Positions 27,300 through 37,753 of a DNA stretch of 64,000 nt are shown here, piece after piece. This DNA is from Marispirochaeta sp. (GTDB taxonomy: Bacteria > Spirochaetota > Spirochaetia > JC444 > Marispirochaetaceae). The position numbers and the translations under genes are program-made. How positions within the stretch are numbered: position 1 is the stretch's first letter; each line of letters starts with the position of its first letter. The notes beneath the pieces are model-generated. The model was not told the origin of the DNA. It saw nothing but the letters and a program-made list of their open reading frames with translations, and ran no database searches. The DNA lies in NCBI GenBank assembly GCA_963676835.2, contig CAXXFF010000001.1:832001-896000 (forward strand). The letters are read 5' to 3'.

Positions 27300-28485
27300 T
27301 CCCAACGGCCGCTTCGTAGAAGCAGATTACTACCAGCTGTATAAACACAAGAACAAGATCGGCGGAGACGTGTTCCTCCTCTCAAAACGCGAAGAAGACG
27401 GAAGAATAATCTGCGTGCTTTCTGACGGTCTCGGTTCCGGGGTAAAGGCCAATGTTCTGGCAAACCTGACTGCCACCATGGCCCTGAAATACATAGGAGC
27501 GAAGCTGGATGTCCAGAGGGCCGCGGAAATTATTACCAGTACCCTGCCTGTCTGCAGGGAACGTAAAATAAGCTACGCCACTTTTTCTATAGTGGATATT
27601 CAGCCCGACGGCACAACCCAGATTATCGAGTATGATAATCCCTCTTTTCTCTGCTACCGCCGGGATAAAAAGATGGAAATCGAAAGAAGGACAATTCAAT
27701 TGCCCAAAAGATTTGAATACAAGGATGAATTCCTTCACTATTCTGAAATACATCTGCAGGTAGAGGACCGTCTGGTTTTCTTCTCAGACGGGGTAACCCA
27801 GAGCGGCATGGGCTCACGTTCACACCCGCTGGGACTCAGGGACAGCGGCGTAGATGCGGCTGCCCGGGAGTTTATCAGCGATGATGCATCTATCTCCGCC
27901 CGGGATCTGGCTCGAAAGATAACCGTATTCTGTCAGCAGCTTGACGGTTATGCCCCCAAGGATGACATCACCTGCGGTGTTGTCTATTTCCGCCAGCCCC
28001 GGGAAGCCATTGTAGCAACAGGGCCTCCAATGGATCCCGAAAAGGATAAGGATCTGGGCAACAGGGTAAGGAACTTTACCGGCAAGAAGATTATCTGCGG
28101 AGGTACAACCGCAAAGCTGCTCTCCCGGGAGCTTGGAAAGGATGTTACCGTAGACCTGAGCACCAGAGACCGGAAGATACCCCCGGCAGCCAGAATGGAA
28201 GGCATAGACCTGGTCACCGAGGGAATGCTCACCCTGACGGAAGCCGCAAGGATGCTGGAAACGTCTAGCGTCCCGGACCTGGCAGGCGGCAATGCGGCGG
28301 TACAGCTCTGCAGAAACCTGCTGGAAAGTGACAGGGTCTACTTTCTTGTGGGGACTAAGATCAATGAAGCACATCAGGATCCCGGTATGCCCGTGGAGAT
28401 AGGCATCCGCAGGACCCTGGTAAAACGTATATGTGAAATTCTTGAAAAACAGTATCTGAAATCAGCCCAAGTTGAGTTTATTTAG
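27292..28485 (+). CDS. SpoIIE/PP2C-family phosphatase (HfsC-like)
   Basis: GD, LSDGLGSGVKAN, SYATF, FSDGVTQ, DDITC, CGGTTA. Confidence 0.92.
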   Translation: MNDPNGRFVEADYYQLYKHKNKIGGDVFLLSKREEDGRIICVLSDGLGSGVKANVLANLTATMALKYIGAKLDVQRAAEIITSTLPVCRERKISYATFSIVDIQPDGTTQIIEYDNPSFLCYRRDKKMEIERRTIQLPKRFEYKDEFLHYSEIHLQVEDRLVFFSDGVTQSGMGSRSHPLGLRDSGVDAAAREFISDDASISARDLARKITVFCQQLDGYAPKDDITCGVVYFRQPREAIVATGPPMDPEKDKDLGNRVRNFTGKKIICGGTTAKLLSRELGKDVTVDLSTRDRKIPPAARMEGIDLVTEGMLTLTEAARMLETSSVPDLAGGNAAVQLCRNLLESDRVYFLVGTKINEAHQDPGMPVEIGIRRTLVKRICEILEKQYLKSAQVEFI

Positions 28486-28495
28486 GAGGAAGACC

Positions 28496-28756
28496 ATGAA
28501 GGATTCCCTGGTTGTAAAAATTTGTACTGGAACCGCTTGTTATGTACAGGGCGGATCATTTCTCCTGGATCTGGAAGACCAGCTTACCCCGGAAGAGCGG
28601 GCGCGGGTCGAGGTTCAGGGAGTAGGATGCCTCGGCTACTGCGGCGGCGTTGAAAATGCCCGCCCTCCATTCGCGGTAATAGGTGAAAAACTGATGGGTG
28701 GAATAGACCTGAATGCACTGACCCTGGCGGTCAGAAGCGAACTGAACAAGGACTGA
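28496..28756 (+). CDS. Second NuoE-like [2Fe-2S] protein
   Basis: ICTGTACYVQGG..CLGYC..PPFA; AGGAGG RBS. Confidence 0.85.
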   Translation: MKDSLVVKICTGTACYVQGGSFLLDLEDQLTPEERARVEVQGVGCLGYCGGVENARPPFAVIGEKLMGGIDLNALTLAVRSELNKD

Positions 28757-28760
28757 CAAT

Positions 28761-30242
28761 ATGAACAATAATGCTGTATTTGTACGAATTCAGCTGGCTA
28801 AACGCTTTCTGCAGGAGGCTTTCGCCGGTACCCTGAAAAAAGCCATAGACAAAATTCCCGTGGAAATGGTTCCCAAAAGGAGTTCATCCTTCCGCTGCTG
28901 CGTGTATAAGGACAGGGCAATCCTGAGGTACCGGCTCATGGCCCTTCTGGGCGGATCTGTTGAAGCAGAAGAGGATGAAACCCGGCGGCTTGCAGAATAT
29001 GTCGATGACGCAGAAACCAGAGGAGGAGCCCCGGAAGGCCAGGTCCTGACCCTTATTGATACCGCCTGCCACTCCTGCCCTTCCGGCCGGCATACGGTTA
29101 CCAATCTCTGCCGGGGCTGTCTTGCCCAGAAATGTTTTGCCGTCTGCCCCAGGGATGCTGTCAGTTTTGTAGACGGAAAAGCAGTAATCGATAACGAGAA
29201 ATGCGTCAACTGCGGCAAGTGCAAGGAAGCATGCCCCTACAATGCAGTTGTCTACACCCCTGTTCCCTGCGAACAGGCGTGCCCTGTGGGAGCAATAAAG
29301 AAGACTCCCCAAGGCTATGCTGCAATCGATTATGACAAATGTATCTCCTGCGGACAGTGCAGCATGAGCTGTCCCTTCGGCGCGGTTATGGAGCGAAGTC
29401 ACCTATACAATATAGCCACCGAAATGAAACGACCGGATGAGGAAAAACCGGTAGCCCTGGTGGCACCCGCTGCGGCAGGACAGTTTCCCGGCAGTTTCCG
29501 CCAGCTTACCACTGCCCTGAAAAAAGCAGGCTTTGCCGCTGTGGTTGAAGTAGCCTACGGCGCGATCACTACTGTGGCAGAGGAGTCACAGGAGCTGAAG
29601 GAACACCTTGAAAAGGGAAAACCCCTGGCAACCTCCTGCTGCCCGGCATACACGGAAGCAGTGCGGATACATGTTCAGGAGTTCCAGCCCTTCGTCTCCA
29701 CCGCCCAGACCCCCATGGCAGCAACTGCGGCCTATGCGAAGAATGAGTGGCCTGACAGGAAAACCGTTTTCATCGGCCCCTGTATAGCAAAAAGGGTGGA
29801 GGCACGACGGGACAAATCCGCCGACTATGTTATGACCTTTGAGGAACTGGCATCCATGTTCCTGGCTCTGGATATCGATGTGGCGGAATGCGGAGAAACC
29901 GCTCCTGACAACCCGGTGGTAGAAGCTCCTGAACGATTCTTTGCCCGGTCCGGCGGCGTAACTGCAGCGGTACTGCGGACCTTCGCAGAAGAGAAAGGCA
30001 TTGATCCGGAGATTATGCAGGTTGATGGCCTGGACAAGAAGGCCATGACAAAGATGAAACTTGCGGCAACGGGAAAAATCAAGATGGATTTTGCGGAAGT
30101 AATGTGCTGCCCCGGCGGCTGTATCTGCGGCCCGGGCACTGTAGCGAATCCGAGAATCAGCGGTAAGCGGCTGGAGGAGTACGCCAACTCCGACTCAGTC
30201 AGGGAAGCTGAGGAAAAAGCGGAAGCGGAAAAAGCAGGCTAA
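28761..30242 (+). CDS. Monomeric (group B) [FeFe]-hydrogenase (HfsD-like)
   Basis: RCCVYKDRA, several 4Fe-4S motifs, [30 protein letters not shown]. Confidence 0.92.
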   Translation: MNNNAVFVRIQLAKRFLQEAFAGTLKKAIDKIPVEMVPKRSSSFRCCVYKDRAILRYRLMALLGGSVEAEEDETRRLAEYVDDAETRGGAPEGQVLTLIDTACHSCPSGRHTVTNLCRGCLAQKCFAVCPRDAVSFVDGKAVIDNEKCVNCGKCKEACPYNAVVYTPVPCEQACPVGAIKKTPQGYAAIDYDKCISCGQCSMSCPFGAVMERSHLYNIATEMKRPDEEKPVALVAPAAAGQFPGSFRQLTTALKKAGFAAVVEVAYGAITTVAEESQELKEHLEKGKPLATSCCPAYTEAVRIHVQEFQPFVSTAQTPMAATAAYAKNEWPDRKTVFIGPCIAKRVEARRDKSADYVMTFEELASMFLALDIDVAECGETAPDNPVVEAPERFFARSGGVTAAVLRTFAEEKGIDPEIMQVDGLDKKAMTKMKLAATGKIKMDFAEVMCCPGGCICGPGTVANPRISGKRLEEYANSDSVREAEEKAEAEKAG

Positions 30243-31162
30243 GCCCCTTCAATCTGCTCCTCCATATAGGCAATTATCTCGCCGGCCAGGTCCCGGCGGG
30301 ATACAGCCTCGATACCTTCAAGGCCTGGTGAAGAATTGACCTCAATTACCGCCGGGCCTTTGACTGTCCTCAGAAGGTCCACCCCGGCAACCCGGAGGCC
30401 CAGCGCCTGGACTGCTCTGATGGCAGCCTCTTCTTCTGCGCTCGAGATTTTTGTTTCAGAGGCGGTACCTCCCCGGTGAAGGTTTGAACGGAAATCTCCG
30501 GCTTCTCCTTTTCGTATCATACTGGCAGCCACCCTGTTCCCGATAACCAGACAGCGGATATCAGTACCGGAAGACTCCTCAATATACTCCTGAACAAGGA
30601 TATCAGCCTTAATACCGCGAAAGCCTTCGATAACACTTCTCGCAGCCGGCCTGGTCTCGGCAAGCACCACACCTATTCCCTGGGTTCCCTCAAGAATCTT
30701 TACTACAAGGGGTGTTCCCCCTACCATATCAATAAGGTCTTCCGTATAGCGGGTGGAATGGGCAAAGGCGGTTACCGGTATGCCGATCCCCTGTTTGGAG
30801 AGCAGCTGCAGACAGCGAAGTTTATCCCTGGACCGGGAAACCGGTTCTGATTCATTGAGACAGTAGACACCCATCATCTCGAACTGCCGCACCACGGCGG
30901 TGCCGTAAAAGGTGATGGAAGCACCTATTCTCGGAATCACCGCGTTGAAATAGTCGAGATTTTCCCCCCGGTAGTGTATCTCCGGCTCTCCGGAGGCAAT
31001 ACTCATATAGCATTCCAGGGGATTGATAATCCTTACCTGGTGGCCCCTCTCTTCAGCTTTTTCCTGAAGACGTTTTGTTGTGTAAAGATAGCTACGCTGA
31101 GAAAGCAGCAGGATGTTCACCGGTGTGCAGGCCTCCATACCTGGAAAGAGGCATCTCTGCAC
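30239..31162 (-). CDS. rimK: RimK alpha-L-glutamate ligase
   Basis: [47 protein letters not shown]. True start probably 31138 or 31120. Confidence 0.95.
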   Translation of the reverse strand: MQRCLFPGMEACTPVNILLLSQRSYLYTTKRLQEKAEERGHQVRIINPLECYMSIASGEPEIHYRGENLDYFNAVIPRIGASITFYGTAVVRQFEMMGVYCLNESEPVSRSRDKLRCLQLLSKQGIGIPVTAFAHSTRYTEDLIDMVGGTPLVVKILEGTQGIGVVLAETRPAARSVIEGFRGIKADILVQEYIEESSGTDIRCLVIGNRVAASMIRKGEAGDFRSNLHRGGTASETKISSAEEEAAIRAVQALGLRVAGVDLLRTVKGPAVIEVNSSPGLEGIEAVSRRDLAGEIIAYMEEQIEGA

Positions 31163-31267
31163 TGAGCTGCCCCTGTGAAACTGGATAGCCTATTCATAGC
31201 CGGAAAGTCAAGAGACAGGGAAAGCAAAGAGAAATGGAAAGGAGGAAATCTGCCGGTAAAGTGCCTG

Positions 31268-33052
31268 TCAGGTACGCGAAACTGCAGGGAGAAAAATCGA
31301 AAAGGATGATCCCCTGCCGGGCAGACTTTCCACAGTAACCCTGCCGCCATGGACCTGGATTATATGTTTAACAATGGCAAGCCCCAGTCCGGTACCGCCG
31401 GTCTCCCGGCTGCGGGCTTTATCTACCCGGTAGAAACGCTCAAAAATCCTGGGCAGATCCTCTTCGGGAATCCCCACACCGCTGTCGGAAACAGTAAGTT
31501 TCGCCTCCCCCTTTTCAGCCTCCAGAGAAGCGGAAAAACCTTTTCCCGGATCACTGTACTTGACCGCGTTATCCATCAGATTGAATACAGCCTGCTCCAG
31601 GAGGCCCGAATTACCCCGTACATAAACAGGACCGCTGCTGTTCAGCTTCAGTCCCATATTTTTATCTTCCGCCGCAGGGCGAACCTTCTCTGCAGCGGCC
31701 TGAACAATATCCCGGAGATCAACCATGGCCTGGACCATGGTAATTGACCGCTCATCCAGGCGGGAAAGCTGAAGCAGATCCTCAATGATGGCATGCATGG
31801 AATCTGCCTGCTTCTGGATGATACCCAGAAACCGGTTAAGCAGTTCGGGATCTTCGGAAGCTCCGTCCATCAGGGTTTCCACAAAGCCCTTGATGGAAGT
31901 AATGGGAGTTTTAAGCTCATGAGAGACATTGGAAACAAAATCCCTGCGTATTGCTTCACTCCGGCGGATTTCACTTATATCGGTAAAGACAAGAACCGCC
32001 CGGGCAAGGTTTTCATCCCGGTCACCTTCCCCCAGAGGGGCTCCATGCACCTGAAGATAGAGCACCCTGTTACCTTCGCTTATGTGAAAGGTAAGCTCTT
32101 CGGTCAGATCCACCCCGCCGGAAAGAAGCTCCTCGGCAAACTCATGGAGTTTAAGATTACGCACCGCCTTAAGCAGGGGATGCCCTATCATCTCTTCCCG
32201 CTGCAGTTGAAAAATAGACTCCGCAGCTCTGTTGGTTTCGAGGACCCGCAAACCGTTGTCCAGGACTACCACCGCTTCGCTCATACCGGAGAGAACCAGC
32301 TGGTACTCATCACGCTGACGCTGGATGGATTCAATACGCCCCGCCAGCCGGCCGGCCATTATGTTAAGGGTCTGCCCCAGAACACGCATCTCTTCCGGCG
32401 TACTGACATCGGACCGGGCATCAAGATCACCCTTTCCCAGGTCTTCAGCAACGGCGACAAGCTTCTGCAGGGGTTTGCGTATCCATTGACCGGTACTGGC
32501 AGCTGCATACACTGCAAAGGAGAAAAAGAGGATCCCCAGCAGGAGCAATGTTCTTGAAGTGCTGGATATAACAGTGTCGATTGTGCTTATGGAACGGCTG
32601 GTGCGGATATAGCCCGTTTCTCCGGGCAGCTCCTGCCTTTTGGCCAGATACATAAGCCGGTACCCCAGGGAAGACGAATGCCTTACAGACGTTCCCTTCC
32701 CGAGCTGCCGGGCCTGAACAACCTCCGGGCGGTCACCATGGTTATTCATATCTGCCACCTGAGCCAGGCTGTCTCCGAGAACCCGCCCGTCCGCAGCGAT
32801 AATTGTTATTCTGGTTTCTCCGGAAGCACCGGCATGCTTGCAGAATCCGTCATAATCAAACTCATCATTACCGTTCATATAAATTAGCAGATTACTTACC
32901 AGCGTGGCAGTTTCACCAAGCTCATTTTCAATCTGGGCGAAAATGGAATAGGTGAAATAACGCATTACCCCGAAGAGAAATATCGCGACAATAGTAATGA
33001 GTACAAGCAGATAGAGTAAAAATCCGCGGAACATATTACTGCGCTTAAGCAT
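31268..33052 (-). CDS. PhoR-like sensor histidine kinase (HAMP-PAS-HisKA-HATPase)
   Basis: NH..RPEV, FVSNVSHELKTP, NAVKY, D.G.GI, FERFYRVDKARSRETGGTGLGL. Confidence 0.93.
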   Translation of the reverse strand: MLKRSNMFRGFLLYLLVLITIVAIFLFGVMRYFTYSIFAQIENELGETATLVSNLLIYMNGNDEFDYDGFCKHAGASGETRITIIAADGRVLGDSLAQVADMNNHGDRPEVVQARQLGKGTSVRHSSSLGYRLMYLAKRQELPGETGYIRTSRSISTIDTVISSTSRTLLLLGILFFSFAVYAAASTGQWIRKPLQKLVAVAEDLGKGDLDARSDVSTPEEMRVLGQTLNIMAGRLAGRIESIQRQRDEYQLVLSGMSEAVVVLDNGLRVLETNRAAESIFQLQREEMIGHPLLKAVRNLKLHEFAEELLSGGVDLTEELTFHISEGNRVLYLQVHGAPLGEGDRDENLARAVLVFTDISEIRRSEAIRRDFVSNVSHELKTPITSIKGFVETLMDGASEDPELLNRFLGIIQKQADSMHAIIEDLLQLSRLDERSITMVQAMVDLRDIVQAAAEKVRPAAEDKNMGLKLNSSGPVYVRGNSGLLEQAVFNLMDNAVKYSDPGKGFSASLEAEKGEAKLTVSDSGVGIPEEDLPRIFERFYRVDKARSRETGGTGLGLAIVKHIIQVHGGRVTVESLPGRGSSFSIFLPAVSRT

Positions 33053-33229
33053 GGCTGTTTACCTCGATTTTCGAGTCTGACTGGCCACAGTGTAGCAGAA
33101 ATCGGGGGTTAAATGGTGAAAAGCATGTTAGATATAGTTGTCCCCCTTCTGCATATTTATTAGACTTGATTTGTTAATCAAGTTTCCTGTACAGGATTCA
33201 TATCCCTTCGCCTTTCAAGGAGGCAGCAT

Positions 33230-34039
33230 ATCAAAAAGATAAAATTTATAGCGCTCATAGCGCTGGTACTTATGTTGGGCAGTTGTTTCAGTACAAACTG
33301 GCTCATCATGGTAAAAAAAGACGGTTCCGGCACAATTACCATGGACTTCACCATGGATCAGTCTGTAATGGGCATGATGCAGGGAATGGGCGGCGGCGGT
33401 GATGCCCCGGCACAGACAGGCGCCGATCTTATCAATGCCGATGATCTCAGCCGGCTGGCAAGAGCCATGGGAGAAGGTGTCCGCTATGTCTCTGCAGAAC
33501 CCGCCGATAAAGGTGGAAACATCGGCTATAAAGCAACATTTGCCTTCGATGACATAAGCAAGGTTCATATAGACCCCATGCTCGGAGCGCCTTCAGACGG
33601 CGATGAGTCAGAAGAGGTCGAAGCGGATGATGTAATCAGCTTTGCTTTCAAAAAAGGCTCACGTCCCCAGCTGACAATTATTACAGATCAGTCCGAAAAT
33701 AATTCGGATACCGAAGATTACAGCGATACCGAGTCCGAGGCTCAGAGCCCCGAAGAAGCAGCGGCTATGGCCAATATGATGAAGCCTTTCCTTGGAAGCA
33801 TGTCATTTTCAGTACTGGTAAAAGTTGACGGTGCCATCAGCAGCACCAATGCAAGCTATGTAAATGGCAGTACCGTAACCATGATGGATTTTGATATGGG
33901 GAAAATTATCGACAACAACGACCTTTTTACCAAGGTTATGGCCGATAACTCCATGGAGGATGAAGAGGTTCGGAAGGAACTGGCAAAGAACGGCGTTCTT
34001 ATCGAGCTTCAGGAAAAAGTCACCGTAGACTTCCGCTGA
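33230..34039 (+). CDS. Lipoprotein with an apparent ATC start codon; paralog of the next gene
   Basis: AGGAGG (33218-33223), 6 nt, then ATC opens (M)KKIKFIALIALVLMLGSC; VKKDGSGT motif. Confidence 0.75.
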   Translation: MKKIKFIALIALVLMLGSCFSTNWLIMVKKDGSGTITMDFTMDQSVMGMMQGMGGGGDAPAQTGADLINADDLSRLARAMGEGVRYVSAEPADKGGNIGYKATFAFDDISKVHIDPMLGAPSDGDESEEVEADDVISFAFKKGSRPQLTIITDQSENNSDTEDYSDTESEAQSPEEAAAMANMMKPFLGSMSFSVLVKVDGAISSTNASYVNGSTVTMMDFDMGKIIDNNDLFTKVMADNSMEDEEVRKELAKNGVLIELQEKVTVDFR

Positions 34040-34046
34040 TAATTCA

Positions 34047-34077
34047 AACAAACCGCCGGGGATTCCGGCGGTTTGTT
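34047..34077 (+). terminator. Perfect 13-bp stem-loop, probable terminator
   Basis: AACAAACCGCCGG-GGATT-CCGGCGGTTTGTT directly after the stop codon. Confidence 0.75.
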
Positions 34078-34136
34078 ATTTCATGTGCTATTTTCTCATG
34101 CATAAATAAACCCAATTCAATACAGGAAAGTATTAA

Positions 34137-34937
34137 ATGAACCGAAAACCACGTATACTGCTGACTATTCTGACATGTTCTACCCTTCTTCTCAGCAGTT
34201 GCTTTACCAGCAAAATGACAGTACTTGTTGAAAAAGACGGCTCGGGAACCATTGCTCTGGAATTCAATATGAACAAGGAACAGATGATTGAATTTGGAAA
34301 AGTCAGCGGAGATCTTCCCAGTGATGATGAACTGAAGAGTTCAACCATGTTTTACGAAAAGGACCTTGTGGTTCTGGCGGAATCCTTCGGTGAAGGGGTA
34401 ACTTTTGAATCATTCAGTTTATTACCCGACGAAGATGACAGTATCGGCTATAATGCGGTCTATAAATTTACAGATATAAGCAAAGTGCGGATAAAGAACT
34501 TCCTGACCATACCCGACCTGGATGCGGGGGACATCAAGAATCAGGGAATTACCTTTGCATCCAGCCAGACCGCGGAAGGTCGAGTTGTTAAAATATTCCC
34601 CCAGCTTTTTCAAAAAGATGCACCACAGACGGGAATGCAGGAAAATATTGAGGAACAGATCAACCAGTTACACCCCATGTTGGCCCCATTCACCCGTAAC
34701 ATGAATATATCCGTAAGGGTAGAGTTCGCAGAACCTGTTATAGAAACGAACGCAAGCTTTCCCGGTGATCACTCAATCACGCTTCTGGAACTCAATCTGG
34801 ATGATGAAGAGATTTCAGTGCAGGATTTGACAACAATTCTGCTGTTTATGGATAAATCCACGATTATTTCTCCCGATGATGTGACAAGTGCGGGAATGAA
34901 TCTTGAAACCAAAGACAAGTTGACTGTAGTTTACTAA
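34137..34937 (+). CDS. Lipoprotein, tandem paralog
   Basis: LLSSC lipobox; shares CF..V.KDGSGTI, GEGV, IGY.A...F.DISKV and TNAS with 33230-34039. Confidence 0.85.
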   Translation: MNRKPRILLTILTCSTLLLSSCFTSKMTVLVEKDGSGTIALEFNMNKEQMIEFGKVSGDLPSDDELKSSTMFYEKDLVVLAESFGEGVTFESFSLLPDEDDSIGYNAVYKFTDISKVRIKNFLTIPDLDAGDIKNQGITFASSQTAEGRVVKIFPQLFQKDAPQTGMQENIEEQINQLHPMLAPFTRNMNISVRVEFAEPVIETNASFPGDHSITLLELNLDDEEISVQDLTTILLFMDKSTIISPDDVTSAGMNLETKDKLTVVY

Positions 34938-36007
34938 GGTCCCATTGAATTTCTGGTCAGGCTGCCGAGCTGTCCGCAAGCGGCCTGAATTGAATCGCCT
35001 CTGGTATCCCGGATTCTACAGTACTGCCCCAGTTCGAGCAGCTGTGAAGCAAACAGATCTACCTGGTCCCGGGAAGGACGCCTGTAGCGTCCGTCAGTTC
35101 CGGGATTGCAGGGAATAATATTTACACAGCTCTGCATACCCATAAGATAATCAACCAGCTGCCGGGCATCTTCGGGGGAATCATTCACCCCCGGAATAAG
35201 AGTATACTCCATGAATATCCTGTCACGCCCCCTGGCAAGGGGATACTCCTTCATTGCCTGCTTTAGCTCTTCAAGAGGCCATATGCGGTTTATGGGCATA
35301 ATGTCACAGCGCTTCTGGTTGTCAGCAGAATGAAGACTCACCGCAAGAGAGAGCCTCTTCAGGTCCGGACTCTTCCATGCTCTGATATGGGAAGCCAGTT
35401 CTCTTATTCCCGGCACATGTCCCGCGGTTGATACAGTCATGGAGGAGACAGGAATATTGCAACCTCTCTGATCGCTGATAATCTCTATTGCCTTAATGAC
35501 ATTTTCAAGGTTATCAAAGGGCTCCCCCATCCCCATAAAAACCAGGTTGGATACTGTGATTCCAAGATAGAAACGTACCGCCATAAGCTGCCCGACAATC
35601 TCACCTGCTGTAAGATTTCTGATAAGCCCGAGGCTGCCGGTTTCACAGAAAGTACACCCCCGGGCACAGCCGGCCTGGGTGGAAACACAGATGCTGGCAT
35701 AGCGGGTCATAAAGAGCACCACCGTTTCTATTAAAACACCGTCCGGAAACTGCAGCAGAATCTTGATACTGGAACTGTCCCGCTGCATATCCTTTACAAC
35801 GGGAATACGGCAGTCAAAATCCTGTCTTACCTTCAGCGCCAGTCCGGGATTTGCATGAAACTCCTTCAGATCCCCGCAAAAGCCGGTACCCCGGCTGTAG
35901 AGAGAACGGAAAAAAGGAACAGCATGGTATGTCCCCTTTCCATAGCGGCTGGAAAAAAGACCGGTAAGATCTACACAGCTGTATGAGAAGGGGTCGAAAG
36001 GAGCCAC
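34934..36007 (-). CDS. rlmN: RlmN/Cfr-family radical SAM RNA methyltransferase
   Basis: IETV, CVSTQAGCARGCTFC, MGMGEP, SLHS, EY.LI.GVND, AACGQL. Confidence 0.85.
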   Translation of the reverse strand: MAPFDPFSYSCVDLTGLFSSRYGKGTYHAVPFFRSLYSRGTGFCGDLKEFHANPGLALKVRQDFDCRIPVVKDMQRDSSSIKILLQFPDGVLIETVVLFMTRYASICVSTQAGCARGCTFCETGSLGLIRNLTAGEIVGQLMAVRFYLGITVSNLVFMGMGEPFDNLENVIKAIEIISDQRGCNIPVSSMTVSTAGHVPGIRELASHIRAWKSPDLKRLSLAVSLHSADNQKRCDIMPINRIWPLEELKQAMKEYPLARGRDRIFMEYTLIPGVNDSPEDARQLVDYLMGMQSCVNIIPCNPGTDGRYRRPSRDQVDLFASQLLELGQYCRIRDTRGDSIQAACGQLGSLTRNSMGP

Positions 36008-36015
36008 CCTGGGAT

Positions 36016-36435
36016 TCAGGCGTTTTTCGCTTCAGAGAGAGCTGCAGCAGCCTCCCAGCCGGAAAGAATCTCCCGGGGAATGGGAGAAGGCCTGCCGGCT
36101 GAGTTTACCATGGCAAAATCAACAGTAGCCTCGACCAGAACCGTATCACCATTGAGAATCCGCTGAAAAACCCTTCCCTTTACCTTTCCCAGGGAGATAC
36201 ATTCTGTGGCGATATTCAGGCGGTCATTCATATACGCAGGCTTAAGATAGCGGATATCGATATGGGACACATAAAGGCCGTTACCGGCCTCCAGATAGGC
36301 ATCGTAATTGAACCCACTGTCATACAGAAACTGGTGGCGGGCATACTCAAGATAATTCAGGTATACAGCATTATTCACATGTCCGTACTGATCCAGCTCA
36401 TAGGACCGTACCACTATTTCGCAGTTATAAATCAT
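36016..36435 (-). CDS. Acyl-CoA thioesterase (YbgC/FadM hotdog fold)
   Basis: VRSYELDQYGHVNNAVYLNYLEYAR. Confidence 0.92.
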   Translation of the reverse strand: MIYNCEIVVRSYELDQYGHVNNAVYLNYLEYARHQFLYDSGFNYDAYLEAGNGLYVSHIDIRYLKPAYMNDRLNIATECISLGKVKGRVFQRILNGDTVLVEATVDFAMVNSAGRPSPIPREILSGWEAAAALSEAKNA

Positions 36436-36447
36436 GCAAGAATCCTA

Positions 36448-37677
36448 TCAGAGAGCATCCCTGTACTCAAGATTCCCTCCGACAGGAAACAGCTCTCCAA
36501 TGGCAGTGCGGAGTTCATCCTTCACCAATGGGGAGAAAGGCACACTCTGCTCCATTTCCTGTATTACCTGTGCGGTTTCACGGTTAAGATAGCCAACGTT
36601 CCGGCGGAAAAGTTCCTGCATCTCCCGCTGAAAATAGCGGTGATAGCTGACAACCCCATGGGGCATGAATCCCCGCTTCAGCTTATGAGGACTGCCGGCA
36701 CCGGGATCAAAATACTTTACCCCTTGTTCTATCATCCACTGTATTGGAGCGTAATAACAGAGATTAAAATGGAGATTGGGAATATCCTCATCTGCACCCC
36801 AGTAACGACCGAAAATCCACTCCCCGCCGAATAGACACATGGACATTGCTGCCGCATCTTCCGGGGCTCCTCCTTCCGGTACAGCCGCAAAGATTACCGT
36901 ATTATCCGCAAAATAATCCGGCAGCATAAGAAAGAATTCACGGTTGAGAAAACGGGCCGCCCAGGGACCAAAGCGGGAATTGGTCCTGAGATAAAAACGG
37001 TACATCCTCTCCATGACAGCCCCGGAGAGCTCTTTTCCGGTAATAATCCGTATATCCAGCCGCTGCTTTTCCAGCGACGCCCATTCCCGCCGTACATTAC
37101 GCCGCTGGTTCTTTCCCAGATCCGAGAGGTAGTCTGCAAAATCACGGTACCCCCGGTTAATCATAAGAAAGCTCTGATTCAGCCAGGGAGTATAGTCCTC
37201 CAGCGCCCTGTGCAATCCGGGGTCTGCAAACAGAAAGGATGAGCTGTATATCCCCGCCCTTTGAGCATAGGATTGAAAGTCTTCTGCTAAAAAGCTGCAG
37301 AGAGCACTCTCCGCTTCAGGACTGTCGGTAAAGAGAGAATAGAAGCCCGATGGAGTTGCCGGAACCGTTCCGATAATCTTCGGATAATAGGGAATATCGA
37401 ATCGGGCAGCCAGATCCGCCCAGGCAAAATCGTAGACAAACTCCCCGCTTGAATGAGTTTTTCCATACAGAGGCAGTACTCCGGCAAGTTCCTCTCCTCT
37501 TTTCAGGGTTAAATGCAGGGGAACCCATCCATTGTCCGCACTGATCGACCCCGATTCTTCAAGAAGCATAAGCCATTCCCAGAGATACAGAGGAGTCCTG
37601 TTGCCCGATACCAGCCTGTTCCAATCCTTCCGGTCCAGACTCTTGAGATTTTCTCCCATTGAAAGGGTAAAATTCAT
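36448..37677 (-). CDS. FemAB-like GNAT protein (DUF482 type)
   Basis: K.HS.GEFVYDFAWA, YYPK, GRYWG, LHFNLCYY, FDPGAG..HK..RGF. Start set at MNFTLS. Confidence 0.88.
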   Translation of the reverse strand: MNFTLSMGENLKSLDRKDWNRLVSGNRTPLYLWEWLMLLEESGSISADNGWVPLHLTLKRGEELAGVLPLYGKTHSSGEFVYDFAWADLAARFDIPYYPKIIGTVPATPSGFYSLFTDSPEAESALCSFLAEDFQSYAQRAGIYSSSFLFADPGLHRALEDYTPWLNQSFLMINRGYRDFADYLSDLGKNQRRNVRREWASLEKQRLDIRIITGKELSGAVMERMYRFYLRTNSRFGPWAARFLNREFFLMLPDYFADNTVIFAAVPEGGAPEDAAAMSMCLFGGEWIFGRYWGADEDIPNLHFNLCYYAPIQWMIEQGVKYFDPGAGSPHKLKRGFMPHGVVSYHRYFQREMQELFRRNVGYLNRETAQVIQEMEQSVPFSPLVKDELRTAIGELFPVGGNLEYRDAL

Positions 37678-37753
37678 ATCCCTAAAATACTCATTACCAT
37701 TGCCCCTTGCTATACCGAATAAAATCTTTACCATTTAAGAATGAGGTGGGGCT

